Shown here piece after piece: positions 19,526-30,399 of a stretch of 64,000 nucleotides of DNA. Source of the stretch: Candidatus Peregrinibacteria bacterium (lineage in GTDB: Bacteria; Patescibacteriota; Gracilibacteria; UBA1369); the NCBI GenBank assembly GCA_963708185.1, contig OY970195.1:1184001-1248000 (forward strand), read 5' to 3'. The notes beneath the pieces were generated by a model. It saw only the letters and a list, made by a program, of their open reading frames with translations, did no database searches and had not been told where the DNA came from. The stretch's first letter is position 1; the number at the start of each line of letters is the position of its first letter. Made by a program: the position numbers and the translations under genes.

Positions 19526-22500
19526 ATGGAAACTTTGAAAAATCTGATTCACTTTTTCCCCTCTGTCCAAAACGGGCGCGTTTTGGAGCTTTTGGAAAAC
19601 CAAAAAAGCGCAAGTTTATCGGGTGCCGGAAACTATTCTTCCAAAGTGTTCGTTTTCAGTGACGTTTTCCGGAAGCTTGATAACTTAAAAACAGTGCTGT
19701 GGATTGTGACGGATCACGCCGAGATGGAACACGTGGTGCGCTCTTTGAAGCTGTGGAGTGATGTAGATGTCCATGGGTTTGATCATGAAAATTCGGATGC
19801 CGGCAACGTTCGAGAGGTTGAAAAGAATAACCGCATCAAGATGATTGAAATGGTCGCCAGGCTTCACAGCAAGGAAAAGAAAATCGTTGTCGCCACCTAC
19901 ACGAGTTTGATGATCAACTTCCCCGATTATCACGAGATCGTTGAGGGAAAATTCACAATGAAAGCAGGGGAGCCTATTGACGCCATGGCGTTTTTTGAAG
20001 AGCTTATCGGCAAGGGGTATGAAGTGAGCGAAGATCAATATCTGGAAAAGGGTACGTATCATCGCAGCGGCGACGTCCTCTCAATTTTTCCTGTGAATTT
20101 TGACGATCCGGTTAAGGTGGAAATCGGGTTCGACAAGATTGAAAAAATTTACACCTATGACCAGGAGAGCAGGGAAGAAATCAAGCAGCTCAAGCACGTT
20201 GAACTGTACCCATTGAAGACGGTTTCTACATATAAAGGAATAGGTGACCATTTAAATACACAGTGCCTGGTGATTGAGGACGAGGTTGATGTTGTCGACG
20301 AATACTATGAGGCCTGGAACGGCGTTTTTGACGAACTGTACGGGAAAATCCATTATTTGAGTTTTGTGACGTTCAATGATGATGAAGAGCGCCACCAGCA
20401 CCTGCACTATCTTTCGGTCCTGAAGTACCGAGGCGCGTATGATCTCAGCAACGACCTTCGGGAAAAATACCGTGACGGGTGGCGCACACTTGTATTTACC
20501 AAGGACATCAAGGAGATGGAAAATATTTTTGAAGAACACAAAGTCCACCACACGACCGACCTCCACGCCAACAACGTGACAGCCCCGAACGTTTATTTGA
20601 TCGAAGTCGATAAGGAAGACGTTTTCCCGCACTCTTTCCAGAATCCCGAGCTTAAACTGGCCCTGGTAACTGACCGTGAGGTCTCAACGATCAAGGAAGA
20701 AAAGAAAAAGTATTTCAACCAGAAGGTCTACCTGGATTTTTTGACGAGCCTTAAAAATAACGATTACGTGGTCCATTCCGATTACGGTATCGCCAAGTTT
20801 TTGGGACTTGAAAAGAAAACGATCGACGATATCACGAGGGAGTATCTGAAGCTTGGGTATGCCGAGAATGACAAACTCTTTGTGCCGATCGACCAGGCCG
20901 ACAAGGTCAACAAATTCATTGGTGCGGACGAGATTGTTCCGCATTTGACGAGACTTGGTTCCGCAGAGTGGAACACCATCACCCATAAAGTGAAGAAGGA
21001 AACCGAAATTATCGCCAAGGAGCTGTTGGCGCTTTACGCCCAGCGTAAAAGTGCCAGAGGTTTTGCTTTCAAGGGGGACACACCCGTGCAACTCAGGTTT
21101 GAAGAGACCTTCCCTTACGAGGAAACCCCGGGTCAGCTCAAGGCCATCGTTGACGTAAAGCATGATATGGAAAGGGCCATCCCCATGGACCGTTTGGTGT
21201 GCGGAGACGTGGGGTTCGGGAAAACGGAAGTGGCGATGAGGGCAGCTTTCAAAGCCGTTAAAAACGGCAAGCAGGTCGCATTGATCTCTCCCATCACTAT
21301 TCTTGCCGATCAGCATTTCCGTTCTTTCAGGAAACGTATGGACGAGTTTGATGTGCGCATCGAAATGCTCAGCCGTTTTAAATCCGCCGCCGAGCAGAAG
21401 AAGATCATTAAGGCCATGGAGCGCGGGGAGGTGGATATTGTCATCGGAACCCACCGTCTGCTTCAACCGGACGTTAAGTTCAAGAATCTGGGGCTGGTCA
21501 TTATCGATGAGGAGCAGCGGTTCGGCGTGAAACAGAAAGAGGCTTTGAAACAGCTGCGTACGGAAGTGGACGTGCTGACGCTTACGGCAACGCCGATCCC
21601 GCGTACGTTGAACATCGCCCTGAATAAATTGCGTGACATCAGCACCATCACCACGCCGCCGCCGGGACGTTTGCCGGTGATCACCGAGGTGCGCAGGTTT
21701 TCCAACGGGATCATCCGCGAGGCGATTTTGAGAGAGGTTGAGCGCGGCGGGCAGGTGTACTTCCTCCATAACCGCGTGCAGACGATTGACGGCATGGCGG
21801 AAAAATTAAGGTCGCTTGTGCCCGAAGCCCGCTTCGGCGTGGCCCACGGGAAACTGGGGAGTTCAGATCTTGAGGACAGGATCATCGCCTTCAAGGAGCA
21901 TCAGTTCGACGTGCTCGTGAGTTCAACGATCATTGAAAACGGCATCGATCTCGCCAACGCCAATACGCTCATCGTCAACAACGCCGACCGTTTCGGCCTG
22001 GCCCAGCTTTATCAGCTGAGAGGGCGCGTGGGCCGCAGCAAAACCCAGGCCTACGCGTACTTTTTGTACCACGGACAGCGCCTGAAGCTCAGCGCCAAGA
22101 AGCGCCTGAGAGCCATTGTGGAAGCTACTGAACTGGGGAGCGGTTTCCAGATCGCCATGAAAGATCTTGAGATCCGCGGGGCAGGTGACATTCTCGGCGC
22201 CAAACAGCACGGGGTCATCAATGTTGTCGGCGTCAGCCATTTTATCCGTATGCTCAACAAGGCCGTGGAAGACCTCAAGGCCGGCAAGCTTGCCCAGCCG
22301 GGGGAAGAGGGGCCGGAAGACGTGACGATCGAATTGCCTTTAACCGCCTATATCCCGGACACCTACATCGTGAGCTCCAAAGAGAAGATCAATGTGTATC
22401 AGAAACTTTCTTCTGTTGATAACATGGAGTACCTTGAGGAGATCCGCGACGAACTCATCGAGGATTACGGCAAACTTCCCAAAGAAGTTTCCAATCTTTT

Positions 22501-22795
22501 CCACGTCATCGAGCTGAAAATTCTGGCGAAGAAAGCCGGTATTGCCCAGGTGAAGGCGGAAAGTGTCTACCTGAGCAAGGGAAAGGAGATCGTCCTGTTG
22601 ATGTCGAGCAAGGTCAAGCCGGAGAACATCATGAATCTGCTTGAGCACAATTCCAAGTGGATGATCAGCGGCAACAAGCTCCGCATCAAGATTGAAGACC
22701 TTACGACCCAGTGGGTCGATATGTTGAAAAGTTGTTTAGAATGGTTGGCCGGCAGCATAAAAGTTGATGAAAAGTCGGAAGCAAAGAAATCTTAA
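19526..22795 (+). CDS. mfd: Transcription-repair coupling factor
   Basis: CarD-like [60 protein letters not shown]-terminus. Confidence 0.98.
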   Translation: METLKNLIHFFPSVQNGRVLELLENQKSASLSGAGNYSSKVFVFSDVFRKLDNLKTVLWIVTDHAEMEHVVRSLKLWSDVDVHGFDHENSDAGNVREVEKNNRIKMIEMVARLHSKEKKIVVATYTSLMINFPDYHEIVEGKFTMKAGEPIDAMAFFEELIGKGYEVSEDQYLEKGTYHRSGDVLSIFPVNFDDPVKVEIGFDKIEKIYTYDQESREEIKQLKHVELYPLKTVSTYKGIGDHLNTQCLVIEDEVDVVDEYYEAWNGVFDELYGKIHYLSFVTFNDDEERHQHLHYLSVLKYRGAYDLSNDLREKYRDGWRTLVFTKDIKEMENIFEEHKVHHTTDLHANNVTAPNVYLIEVDKEDVFPHSFQNPELKLALVTDREVSTIKEEKKKYFNQKVYLDFLTSLKNNDYVVHSDYGIAKFLGLEKKTIDDITREYLKLGYAENDKLFVPIDQADKVNKFIGADEIVPHLTRLGSAEWNTITHKVKKETEIIAKELLALYAQRKSARGFAFKGDTPVQLRFEETFPYEETPGQLKAIVDVKHDMERAIPMDRLVCGDVGFGKTEVAMRAAFKAVKNGKQVALISPITILADQHFRSFRKRMDEFDVRIEMLSRFKSAAEQKKIIKAMERGEVDIVIGTHRLLQPDVKFKNLGLVIIDEEQRFGVKQKEALKQLRTEVDVLTLTATPIPRTLNIALNKLRDISTITTPPPGRLPVITEVRRFSNGIIREAILREVERGGQVYFLHNRVQTIDGMAEKLRSLVPEARFGVAHGKLGSSDLEDRIIAFKEHQFDVLVSSTIIENGIDLANANTLIVNNADRFGLAQLYQLRGRVGRSKTQAYAYFLYHGQRLKLSAKKRLRAIVEATELGSGFQIAMKDLEIRGAGDILGAKQHGVINVVGVSHFIRMLNKAVEDLKAGKLAQPGEEGPEDVTIELPLTAYIPDTYIVSSKEKINVYQKLSSVDNMEYLEEIRDELIEDYGKLPKEVSNLFHVIELKILAKKAGIAQVKAESVYLSKGKEIVLLMSSKVKPENIMNLLEHNSKWMISGNKLRIKIEDLTTQWVDMLKSCLEWLAGSIKVDEKSEAKKS

Positions 22796-24171
22796 TGTTG
22801 AAAACTTTGTCCAATTATCCTGCGCGCACAAAGCGAAATCACAGTATTCTTGAGGCGATCCGGACTTTTGAACAGGACGGAGTCCTGAAAAAATGCTGGG
22901 TGGCCGGAAGGGTCATCGGGATTCTCGACGAAGGGTTCGTTCTTCAAGACGACAACGGAAGAATGGATATTTTTTTTGAAAAGAAGGTTCGGGTCGGGGA
23001 CATCGTGGAGGTTGAACTCGGCGCTGAACAGAGATTCCTCAAAGGGCGGGAGGCGACGACCGTTTATATGGGAAAGCAATGCAGGGTGCTCGTTCCGTGC
23101 CTCGGTGATTTTTACATACGCAGAGAAGATCCGAACTATCTGAAGATGGTCATTGATTTGCGCCTGAAGGAGTTTCTCATAGAGCGGACCAAGATTCTCA
23201 AAGGTATCCGCGAATTTTTTTGGAACAAAGATTTTCTGGAGGTCGAAACTCCGGAGCTGGTGAAACTTCCCGGCATGGAGCCTTATCTTGATGTTTTTAA
23301 AACAACGTTTACCGGGCTTCCGCTGGAAGGGGAAACTCCGCCGCCGCAAGACATGTTTTTGATTACCTCTCCGGAATATGCCATGAAGAAGCTTCTTGTT
23401 GCTGGTCATGAGAAGATTTTCCAGCTGACGAAGAGTTTCAGGAACAAGGAACATGAGAGCACGTTGCATAATCCCGAATTCACGATGCTGGAATGGTATC
23501 GCTCTTTTGCCTCGTACGAAGAGATTATGAAGGATGTCGAAGAGCTCGTGAGTGTGCTTGCCTCGAACCTGCTCGACGACCACTGGATCACGTTCGCCCA
23601 GCACCGGGTGGATGTTTCCGCGCCCTGGGACAGGGTAAAAGTAAAGGATCTTTTCCAGCAGTACGCCCACATCACGCACGAGGACTTCGAGGATGTTGAA
23701 AAATTCAGGAAAGCTCTCAGGCAACAGGGCTACAAGGTTACGTCCAAAACTCCGTATGAAGACATGTTTTTCATGGTTTTTTTGAACGTGATCGAACCGA
23801 ACCTTGGGGTGAAGAAACCGGTGATCGTCTATGAATATCCCGCGCAGATGGCGGCGCTTTCCAAACGTTGCGAAAACGATCCGGAGTACGCCGAAAGGTT
23901 TGAGGTGTACATTGCCGGCATGGAGCTCTGCAACGCTTTTACCGAGCTCAACGATCCGGCGGAACAGCGGACCCGGCTTGAAGAGGAACGCAAACAACGC
24001 AAGGCCCTGAAAAAGGATGATTATACCGTTGACCAAAGCTTTATCCGTGCATTAGAATTCGGCATGCCGCCTTCGGGGGGCATTGCCCTGGGAGTTGACC
24101 GGCTGGTCATGCTCTTGACGGGAGTGACGGACATCAGGGACATTGTCTACTTTCCCCACCGCGATCTTTAA
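22795..24171 (+). CDS. epmA: EF-P lysyl ligase (EpmA/GenX) with extra N-terminal OB-fold-like domain
   Basis: [17 protein letters not shown]…[33 protein letters not shown]; adjacent to efp. Confidence 0.85.
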   Translation: MLKTLSNYPARTKRNHSILEAIRTFEQDGVLKKCWVAGRVIGILDEGFVLQDDNGRMDIFFEKKVRVGDIVEVELGAEQRFLKGREATTVYMGKQCRVLVPCLGDFYIRREDPNYLKMVIDLRLKEFLIERTKILKGIREFFWNKDFLEVETPELVKLPGMEPYLDVFKTTFTGLPLEGETPPPQDMFLITSPEYAMKKLLVAGHEKIFQLTKSFRNKEHESTLHNPEFTMLEWYRSFASYEEIMKDVEELVSVLASNLLDDHWITFAQHRVDVSAPWDRVKVKDLFQQYAHITHEDFEDVEKFRKALRQQGYKVTSKTPYEDMFFMVFLNVIEPNLGVKKPVIVYEYPAQMAALSKRCENDPEYAERFEVYIAGMELCNAFTELNDPAEQRTRLEEERKQRKALKKDDYTVDQSFIRALEFGMPPSGGIALGVDRLVMLLTGVTDIRDIVYFPHRDL

Positions 24172-24206
24172 ACCGCTTATAACTAATAATTAACAACACA
24201 TCATTT

Positions 24207-24767
24207 ATGTTGACGTCAGATTTCAAAAAAGGATTGCCGATCAAATATAACGGAGACACGTATATTATTGTCGGATATCAGTTCGTGAATCCCGGCAAAG
24301 GAACCGCTTTTACCCGCACCAAGATCAAGAACGCCAAATCCCAGAAGGTGATGGAAGTTACCTTCAAGAGCGGTGAAAATATTGAAGGCGCTGAAGTTGA
24401 ATATCGTAAATGCCAGTACCTTTACAACGACGGCAAGGATTTTTACTTCATGGACAATACGAACTTCGAACAGATCTCCATCCCGGCGGATAACGTCGGG
24501 GACATGGCTGACTACATGATGGACGGCAGCGAAGTGACCTGCGTCTATATCGACGGCCTGCCCTTCACCATCCAGCTTCCTCCAAAGATGGAGTTCAAGG
24601 TCATCGATTCTCCTCCGGGTGAAAAGGGCGATACCGCCACCGGCGGGACCAAACACGTGACGATTGAAACAGGCGCCAAAGTTTCCGCTCCGCTTTTCAT
24701 CAAGGAAGGTGACGTTATACGCGTCAACACGGATACCGGAGAGTACGTGGAACGCGTGACAAGGTAA
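24207..24767 (+). CDS. efp: Elongation factor P
   Basis: VNPGKGTAF (Lys loop), KGDTATGGTK, PLFIKEGD.I.VNT.TGEYVER. Confidence 0.98.
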   Translation: MLTSDFKKGLPIKYNGDTYIIVGYQFVNPGKGTAFTRTKIKNAKSQKVMEVTFKSGENIEGAEVEYRKCQYLYNDGKDFYFMDNTNFEQISIPADNVGDMADYMMDGSEVTCVYIDGLPFTIQLPPKMEFKVIDSPPGEKGDTATGGTKHVTIETGAKVSAPLFIKEGDVIRVNTDTGEYVERVTR

Positions 24768-24830
24768 CATTTTGTCCCGCAGAACGTTCTAGACATTGCG
24801 CGCTTTCAACATCCACTAACATCAAAATAT

Positions 24831-25484
24831 ATGAAGAAATTTTTTGCTTTCATCATCGGAGCAGCGTTGTTGTTTCAAACCTCGGCGGTTTTCGCGGCCG
24901 ATGAAATCTACGGCATGCCTTCAAGCACGCTGGAACCGGCCATTGCATCACTTTTGAGTTTCAACCACTGGCTGTATCAGAACGGCTATGAGGGAATCAA
25001 CTACATCAATAAGAACTATTTTGATGCCCGGGCCCAGGCCATGCAATGGGATCAAGGCGCATTGTTGAGAAAAGTTACCGTGTACAATCCTCCGGTTGAC
25101 GGAAGTTCTTGCGATTATGAGTTTGGGGCAGCTGACAAAACGGACGAAGTTTTTGATGCTGCGTGTGTTGATCCTCAAACTTCAACTCTTGAAGGACACG
25201 TTGTTCCGGCCGATACGGCGGTGAGCCAGGACGAGCTTTTTGATCTCCAGAACATGACGCTGCGCAACTTTGTTTCGAACATCCTGGCTTCCATGGAAGT
25301 ACTTTACGGACTCCGCGATTATTTCGGCGGGGATTCCGTCAGCGGCACGACGATGGTTTTCGCCAAGTCCGGGGACGAAGTCCACTGGACCTGGGGCATC
25401 GATGATAACACCAAGGCCCGCCATGTTGATGTGTATGCTAATACCGCCGACCGCAACGCCAAGCCGCAGATGATCAAGCAATAG
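24831..25484 (+). CDS. Secreted hypothetical protein
   Basis: Signal peptide MKKFFAFIIGAALLFQTSAVFA. Confidence 0.8.
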   Translation: MKKFFAFIIGAALLFQTSAVFAADEIYGMPSSTLEPAIASLLSFNHWLYQNGYEGINYINKNYFDARAQAMQWDQGALLRKVTVYNPPVDGSSCDYEFGAADKTDEVFDAACVDPQTSTLEGHVVPADTAVSQDELFDLQNMTLRNFVSNILASMEVLYGLRDYFGGDSVSGTTMVFAKSGDEVHWTWGIDDNTKARHVDVYANTADRNAKPQMIKQ

Positions 25485-25496
25485 GGCATCGCAGAC

Positions 25497-25525
25497 TTGA
25501 CTTTCCCGGCGTAATATTTTAAAAT
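25497..25525 (+). promoter_or_regulatory. Sigma70-type promoter of ssrA
   Basis: TTGACT-N17-TAAAAT, 13 nt before the mature 5' end. Confidence 0.7.
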
Positions 25526-25538
25526 TGTATCCTTGTAC

Positions 25539-25952
25539 GGGGATGTAAGGCTTTCGACAAGAATTGATCTTTTACAAACTGCAATCCGGGGATCGCGCTG
25601 TCTCCCCGTAGATCCGTCCAGCGCAACTAGAGTGCAAACTCTGTAAAACTCGCTGCAGCTCGTCTGCGCGAAGCTATGTCCGTGGGCAATTTTGCTCCAG
25701 CCATGGCTTAAATCCGTTACGCCTTTGCGCGGAACGTCATTCACCCTTTGATGTCTATTGGGAGGATTGAATGTCATTAGTAGGCTAAGCTCTGCTTCAC
25801 CTTGCTGCAGAGACGAAAATCTTAAAGGTTACGCCGGATGAGTTTTTGGCTCCATTTCTATTCATTCGGTCGACAATTTAAAAGGAGCTATGATTGTAGG
25901 CGTTTGCGACAGACATTTTTGGACCCGGGTTCAATTCCCGGCATCTCCACCA
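25539..25952 (+). ncRNA. ssrA: tmRNA
   Basis: 5' GGGGATG…TTCGAC pairs with 3' CATCTCC-ACCA (G3:U alanine determinant); T-arm CCGGG-TTCAATT-CCCGG; tag ORF 25634..25711. Confidence 0.96.
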
Positions 25953-26016
25953 AATTTTTTGTTTTGCCACACCCGGAAAAGTGTGGTAAATATTTTGCCT
26001 GTCTTATTTTTAGCTT

Positions 26017-26514
26017 ATGGATCGAGAAAATGAACCTTCCGGGTACCCGGTGAGCGTGGAGGAAGGCATTAAAGACGTTCTGGAAGGAAGCACTCCGTGT
26101 TCTCCGGAACAGGTGCAGTACGGCGATGTTGTCATTGCCGTCGTCCAGCTTGGAGTGCGGGTTTCACTGCGGTACATTTTTGAAAACCAGGTTCCTCCGG
26201 AGGGGCATCATCAGTCACGGGAGGTACGCGGGCTCCAGGTTTTGCAGCCCTATCTTGAAGCGGACCGATCCTTGCGACGCGAGCTGTGTGATGAGGCCAT
26301 CGATGATCTGGAGGATCGTTTTTCGTCGGTCATCAGTCCGAGTTCCATGAACATGCTGCGCATCTACATCGGCAATGCGTTGTTGGATGGAGAAGACCCT
26401 TTCAGGCCAATGCCGCTGGAGATGTTTCCTCCGGACGTGGTTCATGTTAATCTGCTTTCTTTCCTGACGATGGACCTGAGCCGTTTCGACAAACTGGGAA
26501 GGATGGTCCAGTAA
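26017..26514 (+). CDS. Hypothetical protein
   Basis: 165-aa ATG ORF after an AT-rich leader. Confidence 0.55.
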   Translation: MDRENEPSGYPVSVEEGIKDVLEGSTPCSPEQVQYGDVVIAVVQLGVRVSLRYIFENQVPPEGHHQSREVRGLQVLQPYLEADRSLRRELCDEAIDDLEDRFSSVISPSSMNMLRIYIGNALLDGEDPFRPMPLEMFPPDVVHVNLLSFLTMDLSRFDKLGRMVQ

Positions 26515-26541
26515 GATACGTTTATTCATTATTTTTATAGT

Positions 26542-27162
26542 ATGGAAACTTTACCTCAACAATCACGGCTGATGTTCCTGCTTGAGGATTTGGCGGACTG
26601 CCGAAGAGCGATAGGACCAGTCGGCAAGGGATCTTCTGCAGAGTATGAGCGCAGGCGGGGTGTATGGAATCGTTCATGTGAAAATATGGAAAAACTTCTG
26701 GCAAAAGAGGAACCTTCAAGATTGAGTGATATTGAACTTTTCAACGCCATGGAAGAGTTATGGCAATGGGTGTACGAAGACGATGCCAATGTGGGAAAGA
26801 ATCAGCTTGTTGAGTCGTTGAAAGAGGAAGGGAAAAGGAGGCTGCGAAAACATTTTGCAGATTTAGGAGCGAAGACGCTGGCGTTCGCGTTTCATAAGGA
26901 TCTCGGTTCCGTCGTCATAACCATAAGTTTTGACCGCAGGACGTTCGATCTGCTTAAAAAGAAAGGCGTTTTCGCGCTTGCGGAAGAGCTTGAGATGGAT
27001 CCTAAAAATCCGCACATCAAAGCCGTGCAGATACACGCCTACGAAGCGGGAGATGATTTCATCCTACCTCTTGAAGAAACCATGAAGAGGGCAGATTTTG
27101 CGCCCAGGATCGAGATTTCCGGAAGAGTGAAGAGCGTCATGTCCGATCCGAATTTGAACTAG
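26542..27162 (+). CDS. Hypothetical protein
   Basis: 206-aa ATG ORF. Confidence 0.65.
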   Translation: METLPQQSRLMFLLEDLADCRRAIGPVGKGSSAEYERRRGVWNRSCENMEKLLAKEEPSRLSDIELFNAMEELWQWVYEDDANVGKNQLVESLKEEGKRRLRKHFADLGAKTLAFAFHKDLGSVVITISFDRRTFDLLKKKGVFALAEELEMDPKNPHIKAVQIHAYEAGDDFILPLEETMKRADFAPRIEISGRVKSVMSDPNLN

Positions 27163-27195
27163 TCCGGGACGGCGAGGTTGTTCTACAATGGCCAT

Positions 27196-27602
27196 ATGAA
27201 CTTTCCCGTTGAACTGCCGCCGCATTTTTTAACCAAAGCCGAAGAGCTGAAGATTTTTCCGTGGGACATCACGGAGCATTTTGTGCGCGGCAGCGGCAAG
27301 GGCGGCCAGAAAATCAACAAGACGTCGAGCACCGTTCTTTTGCGGCACATTCCCACCGGCATCGAGGTGCGCTGTCAGAAACATCGTGAGCAAAGCAAAA
27401 ACAGGCTTTCGGCGTATAAGCTTTTGATTCTGAAGATCGAGGAAAAAAAGATGGGGCCCGTTCGGAGCGTGCCAGGAAAATTTTCAAACTGAAGAAACAG
27501 AAACAGAAACGTTCCAAGCGGGCCAAGGAAAAAATGCTCGAGTACAAACATAAACGGAGCGAGATCAAAAAAAACCGCAGGATTGGAGGTTTTGACGATT
27601 AG
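27196..27602 (+). CDS. Codon-independent peptidyl-tRNA hydrolase / short release-factor homolog (ArfB-like); apparent frameshift ~27455
   Basis: FVRGSGKGGQKINKTSS.V.L.HIPTGI.V.CQ..R.Q..NR; basic tail SERARKIFKLKKQKQKRSKRAKEKML…* lies in another frame ending 27602. Confidence 0.85.
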
Positions 27603-28381
27603 ATGAGATCCGCGCGGATGGTCTTGCTCAGCTCAGACTTGAGATGCATCTGGTCGGCGTCCGTGATATGCCTCGTTCCCTGGATCAGCGAACGGATGTG
27701 CTCATTCATGGCGCGCAGGTGCTGCGAGCCGTGAAGATCGATGAAGACAGACCCTTCGTTGAATTCATTGAGGTCTTTTTTATCAACGGGGTTTTTGTGC
27801 TTGAGGGTATCGACCATCTTGATGACGGTATTGATGTAGTCGTTGTAGACGCTGACTTTTTGTTTCGTCATGACGTTGCGCAGGTGCGTGCGGTTCTGTC
27901 GTTCCATGCGCCGGGATTCGCGTTCGACGACGCCCTTTTTCATCATCAGCAAGCCCAGAATCCAGAGGATTCCTCCTGCGATCGATCCGAAAAAGAGGAT
28001 TGTCATGACGATGATCTCGTTCCCCATGGCCTGATTGAGGGTGGCCGCGCATTTATCCTGGTCGCAGACGAGCGTGGTGTCTTGAGGTGTTGTTGTTTCC
28101 TGGGTGAGGGCCGGTACGACGGGGATGTCCGTCGGGGTGGGAAGGTTGGCCCTTGTGCCTGTTATCCCCGTGGTTTTTGTTCCGGCCGTTCCGCCGGTGC
28201 TCGTCCCGGTGGCTCCTCCGATGCGTGTTCCGGTGGTCGATCCGCCCCCGGTCGGCGTTGGCTGGCCCGAAACGACCGCTCCGGGCACGTTGGTCAAGCT
28301 TTGCGCAAAAACCGCCTGACCCTGCAACAGCAGGCTCATAAGGATCATGGCGCAAGTTGTCAGTATGGTGAGTTTTTTCAT
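27599..28381 (-). CDS. Membrane protein: signal peptide, Thr/Gly-rich linker, TM, cytoplasmic helical domain
   Basis: MKKLTILTT start at 28381; paralogous C-terminus to 28386..29024. Confidence 0.75.
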   Translation of the reverse strand: MKKLTILTTCAMILMSLLLQGQAVFAQSLTNVPGAVVSGQPTPTGGGSTTGTRIGGATGTSTGGTAGTKTTGITGTRANLPTPTDIPVVPALTQETTTPQDTTLVCDQDKCAATLNQAMGNEIIVMTILFFGSIAGGILWILGLLMMKKGVVERESRRMERQNRTHLRNVMTKQKVSVYNDYINTVIKMVDTLKHKNPVDKKDLNEFNEGSVFIDLHGSQHLRAMNEHIRSLIQGTRHITDADQMHLKSELSKTIRADLI

Positions 28382-28385
28382 GAAT

Positions 28386-29024
28386 TTAGCTGTTTTGAAA
28401 CAGGTCAATGTCTTCACGGATGGCTTCGAGAAGTTCGCTGCGTTTTTCGTGATAATCTTTGCCGAGTTCAACCTTGCCTCCGCTGAAGCGTTTTTTGGCG
28501 ATGTCCACAAGGCTTGCCTGGACCTCATTGAGCAGCTGGCGGATGTGCGGTGAACAAACGAGGTTCATTTTGATCTCCATCTTGTTCCATTCCGACACGA
28601 AGCTTTCTTCGTCCTTCATGGCGGGGTGTTCGGCTTTGTTGATCAAAAAGCTTTCCATGTGTCCGAGATCGGTGAGAAACCCTTTGTAGATCTCCTGTTT
28701 GATCTGGAACTCCTTTTCTTTTCTTTCGCGGACCATGAAGGCTTCTTCACGTTTATCTTCGCGGCGGACATCCAGAAAGCGCAGGAAATAGGTTCCCAAA
28801 ATGGTCAGGAAGCTGCCGACGAGAAGTCCGACGACGCCGATAACGGCGGCGACGATGTTGGGGTCAAGGCCCGTGCTTTTGGCGACGTTGCCGTAGCTCA
28901 TGGCTCCGGGCGGGAGATCGGCTGCGGTGGGGATGATTTCCATGCTCGCGGCCCCCGCGATGTGGACAAATGAAACGGCGAAGAGGATAGCTGTGAGAAA
29001 AAGAACAAATCGTTGCTTCGACAT
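28386..29024 (-). CDS. Membrane protein, paralog of the downstream gene
   Basis: Signal peptide, TM IVAAVIGVVGLLVGSFL, helical tail ending SELLEAIREDI. Confidence 0.75.
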   Translation of the reverse strand: MSKQRFVLFLTAILFAVSFVHIAGAASMEIIPTAADLPPGAMSYGNVAKSTGLDPNIVAAVIGVVGLLVGSFLTILGTYFLRFLDVRREDKREEAFMVRERKEKEFQIKQEIYKGFLTDLGHMESFLINKAEHPAMKDEESFVSEWNKMEIKMNLVCSPHIRQLLNEVQASLVDIAKKRFSGGKVELGKDYHEKRSELLEAIREDIDLFQNS

Positions 29025-29115
29025 AGTTTGGGAGCAAAAGTTAATAAAAATAGATGAGACCTGGGCCATTCTAGCCTGTCCCCCGTATTATTACAACGAA
29101 GCGGGGGCCGCTTTA

Positions 29116-29640
29116 TTACGGTGTCTGTTGCGTAACGGAAACGCCCGGGGACGTTCCGGCCGCTTTCTGCAGTTCGCTGAGGAACTGGTTTTGCATGTCC
29201 TGGATCTGCTTCGACATGTTCAAGAGCGGCTGGGTCATGGTCTGCAGGTTCTGGATGAGATCCTGGACTTTCTGATCGGCCGTCTGTTGGGACATCTGGA
29301 GAAAAGCCCGATAGGTGTCCTGGGCTTTTTGTAAATATTCTTTGGTTTTTTCTTCGAGGTCCCTGGTGCGGGCCGGGATGTTGAGGTCGTCGATTTTTTT
29401 AAGATTTTGCTGGACCACGGCGTTCGCCTGGTTGATCAGTTGCTGAATCTGCTCCACCGAGTAGTTCCCGGTCTGGATTTTCTGGTTTATTTGCGCTATT
29501 TCCTGGCTGGCCTGGGTTTGAATGTTGAGGAGCGTCTGTTCATCAGCGGTCGGCTTATCGGTATTGATGACGACGACGCAGCCGGCCAGCAGCACGGAGG
29601 CCAGTCCCACCTGGAGAATTTTTAAAATAGTTTTTCCCAT
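29116..29640 (-). CDS. Gln-rich helical lipoprotein
   Basis: Lipobox LAGC; ATG at 29640. Confidence 0.75.
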   Translation of the reverse strand: MGKTILKILQVGLASVLLAGCVVVINTDKPTADEQTLLNIQTQASQEIAQINQKIQTGNYSVEQIQQLINQANAVVQQNLKKIDDLNIPARTRDLEEKTKEYLQKAQDTYRAFLQMSQQTADQKVQDLIQNLQTMTQPLLNMSKQIQDMQNQFLSELQKAAGTSPGVSVTQQTP

Positions 29641-29764
29641 AGGTAAGCCAAAAAATACGTATGGATTGTAGCAAAATTGCATAAGAAAGTCCATTTTTGT
29701 AATATTTTAAGAAAAAAAGGCTTAGAGAGGGTGCAAGATCGTCAGCTCCACTGACGAGAAGATG

Positions 29765-29793
29765 TTGACAAATTGGCTGAAATTTAGCATAAT
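29765..29793 (+). promoter_or_regulatory. Sigma70-type promoter of ECF module 2
   Basis: TTGACA-N17-CATAAT. Confidence 0.7.
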
Positions 29794-29824
29794 TCTCGCC
29801 CTTAGCCTATAAAAGGCCGATATT

Positions 29825-30361
29825 GTGCTAGAGCAAGATAAAAAGTTAGTCCAGGAAGCTCAACAGGACCCTGAAAAGTTCGCGATCCTTTACGATAAAT
29901 ATTTTGATCAGATTTATCGTTACGTCTACAGACGCGTGAACGACAAGGAAATGGTTCAGGATCTGGTGAGTCAGACTTTCTACGATGCCCTCGCCCACAT
30001 CAAAAGTTTTGAATGGAGGGGGTTTCCTTTCTCTTCGTGGCTTTACAAGATCGCCCACAATAACGTTCTCAAGTGGTACCGGGAACAGGGAAGGATGCAG
30101 AAGGTTTCACTGGACGACATTGGAGAACTTGCCGACCATGATGCCGATCAAAAACGTGACGCATCGAGAAAAGAGAAAAAACTGGAAGTCCAGCAGGTCA
30201 TTGAACAGCTGGAGCCGGAAGAACGAGAAATCATCCGCCTGAAATTTTTTGAAGAAGTATCGAATATCGAGATCGCGGAGATTATGGGACTCAGCGCCAA
30301 TCACATCGGAGTCAAAGTCTACAGAACCCTTAAAAAAGTCAAACAGCTTCTCAAATCCTGA
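29825..30361 (+). CDS. ECF RNA polymerase sigma factor
   Basis: LYDKYFDQIYRYVYRRV, FSSWLYKIAHN, region 4 EIAEIMG. Confidence 0.95.
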   Translation: MLEQDKKLVQEAQQDPEKFAILYDKYFDQIYRYVYRRVNDKEMVQDLVSQTFYDALAHIKSFEWRGFPFSSWLYKIAHNNVLKWYREQGRMQKVSLDDIGELADHDADQKRDASRKEKKLEVQQVIEQLEPEEREIIRLKFFEEVSNIEIAEIMGLSANHIGVKVYRTLKKVKQLLKS

Positions 30362-30399
30362 CCTTTCCTAACCTTACACCCCTAACCCCCGAGTTTGTC

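Noticed and set aside
20684-24036. Long antisense ORFs (20684..21769, 22792..24036; similarly 4561..5508, 47597..48598)
   Set aside because: Shadow frames of well-supported genes, expected from codon bias
25953-27162. Integrated element at the tmRNA 3' end
   Set aside because: Two orphan ORFs follow ssrA but no integrase and no duplicated ssrA 3' end were seen
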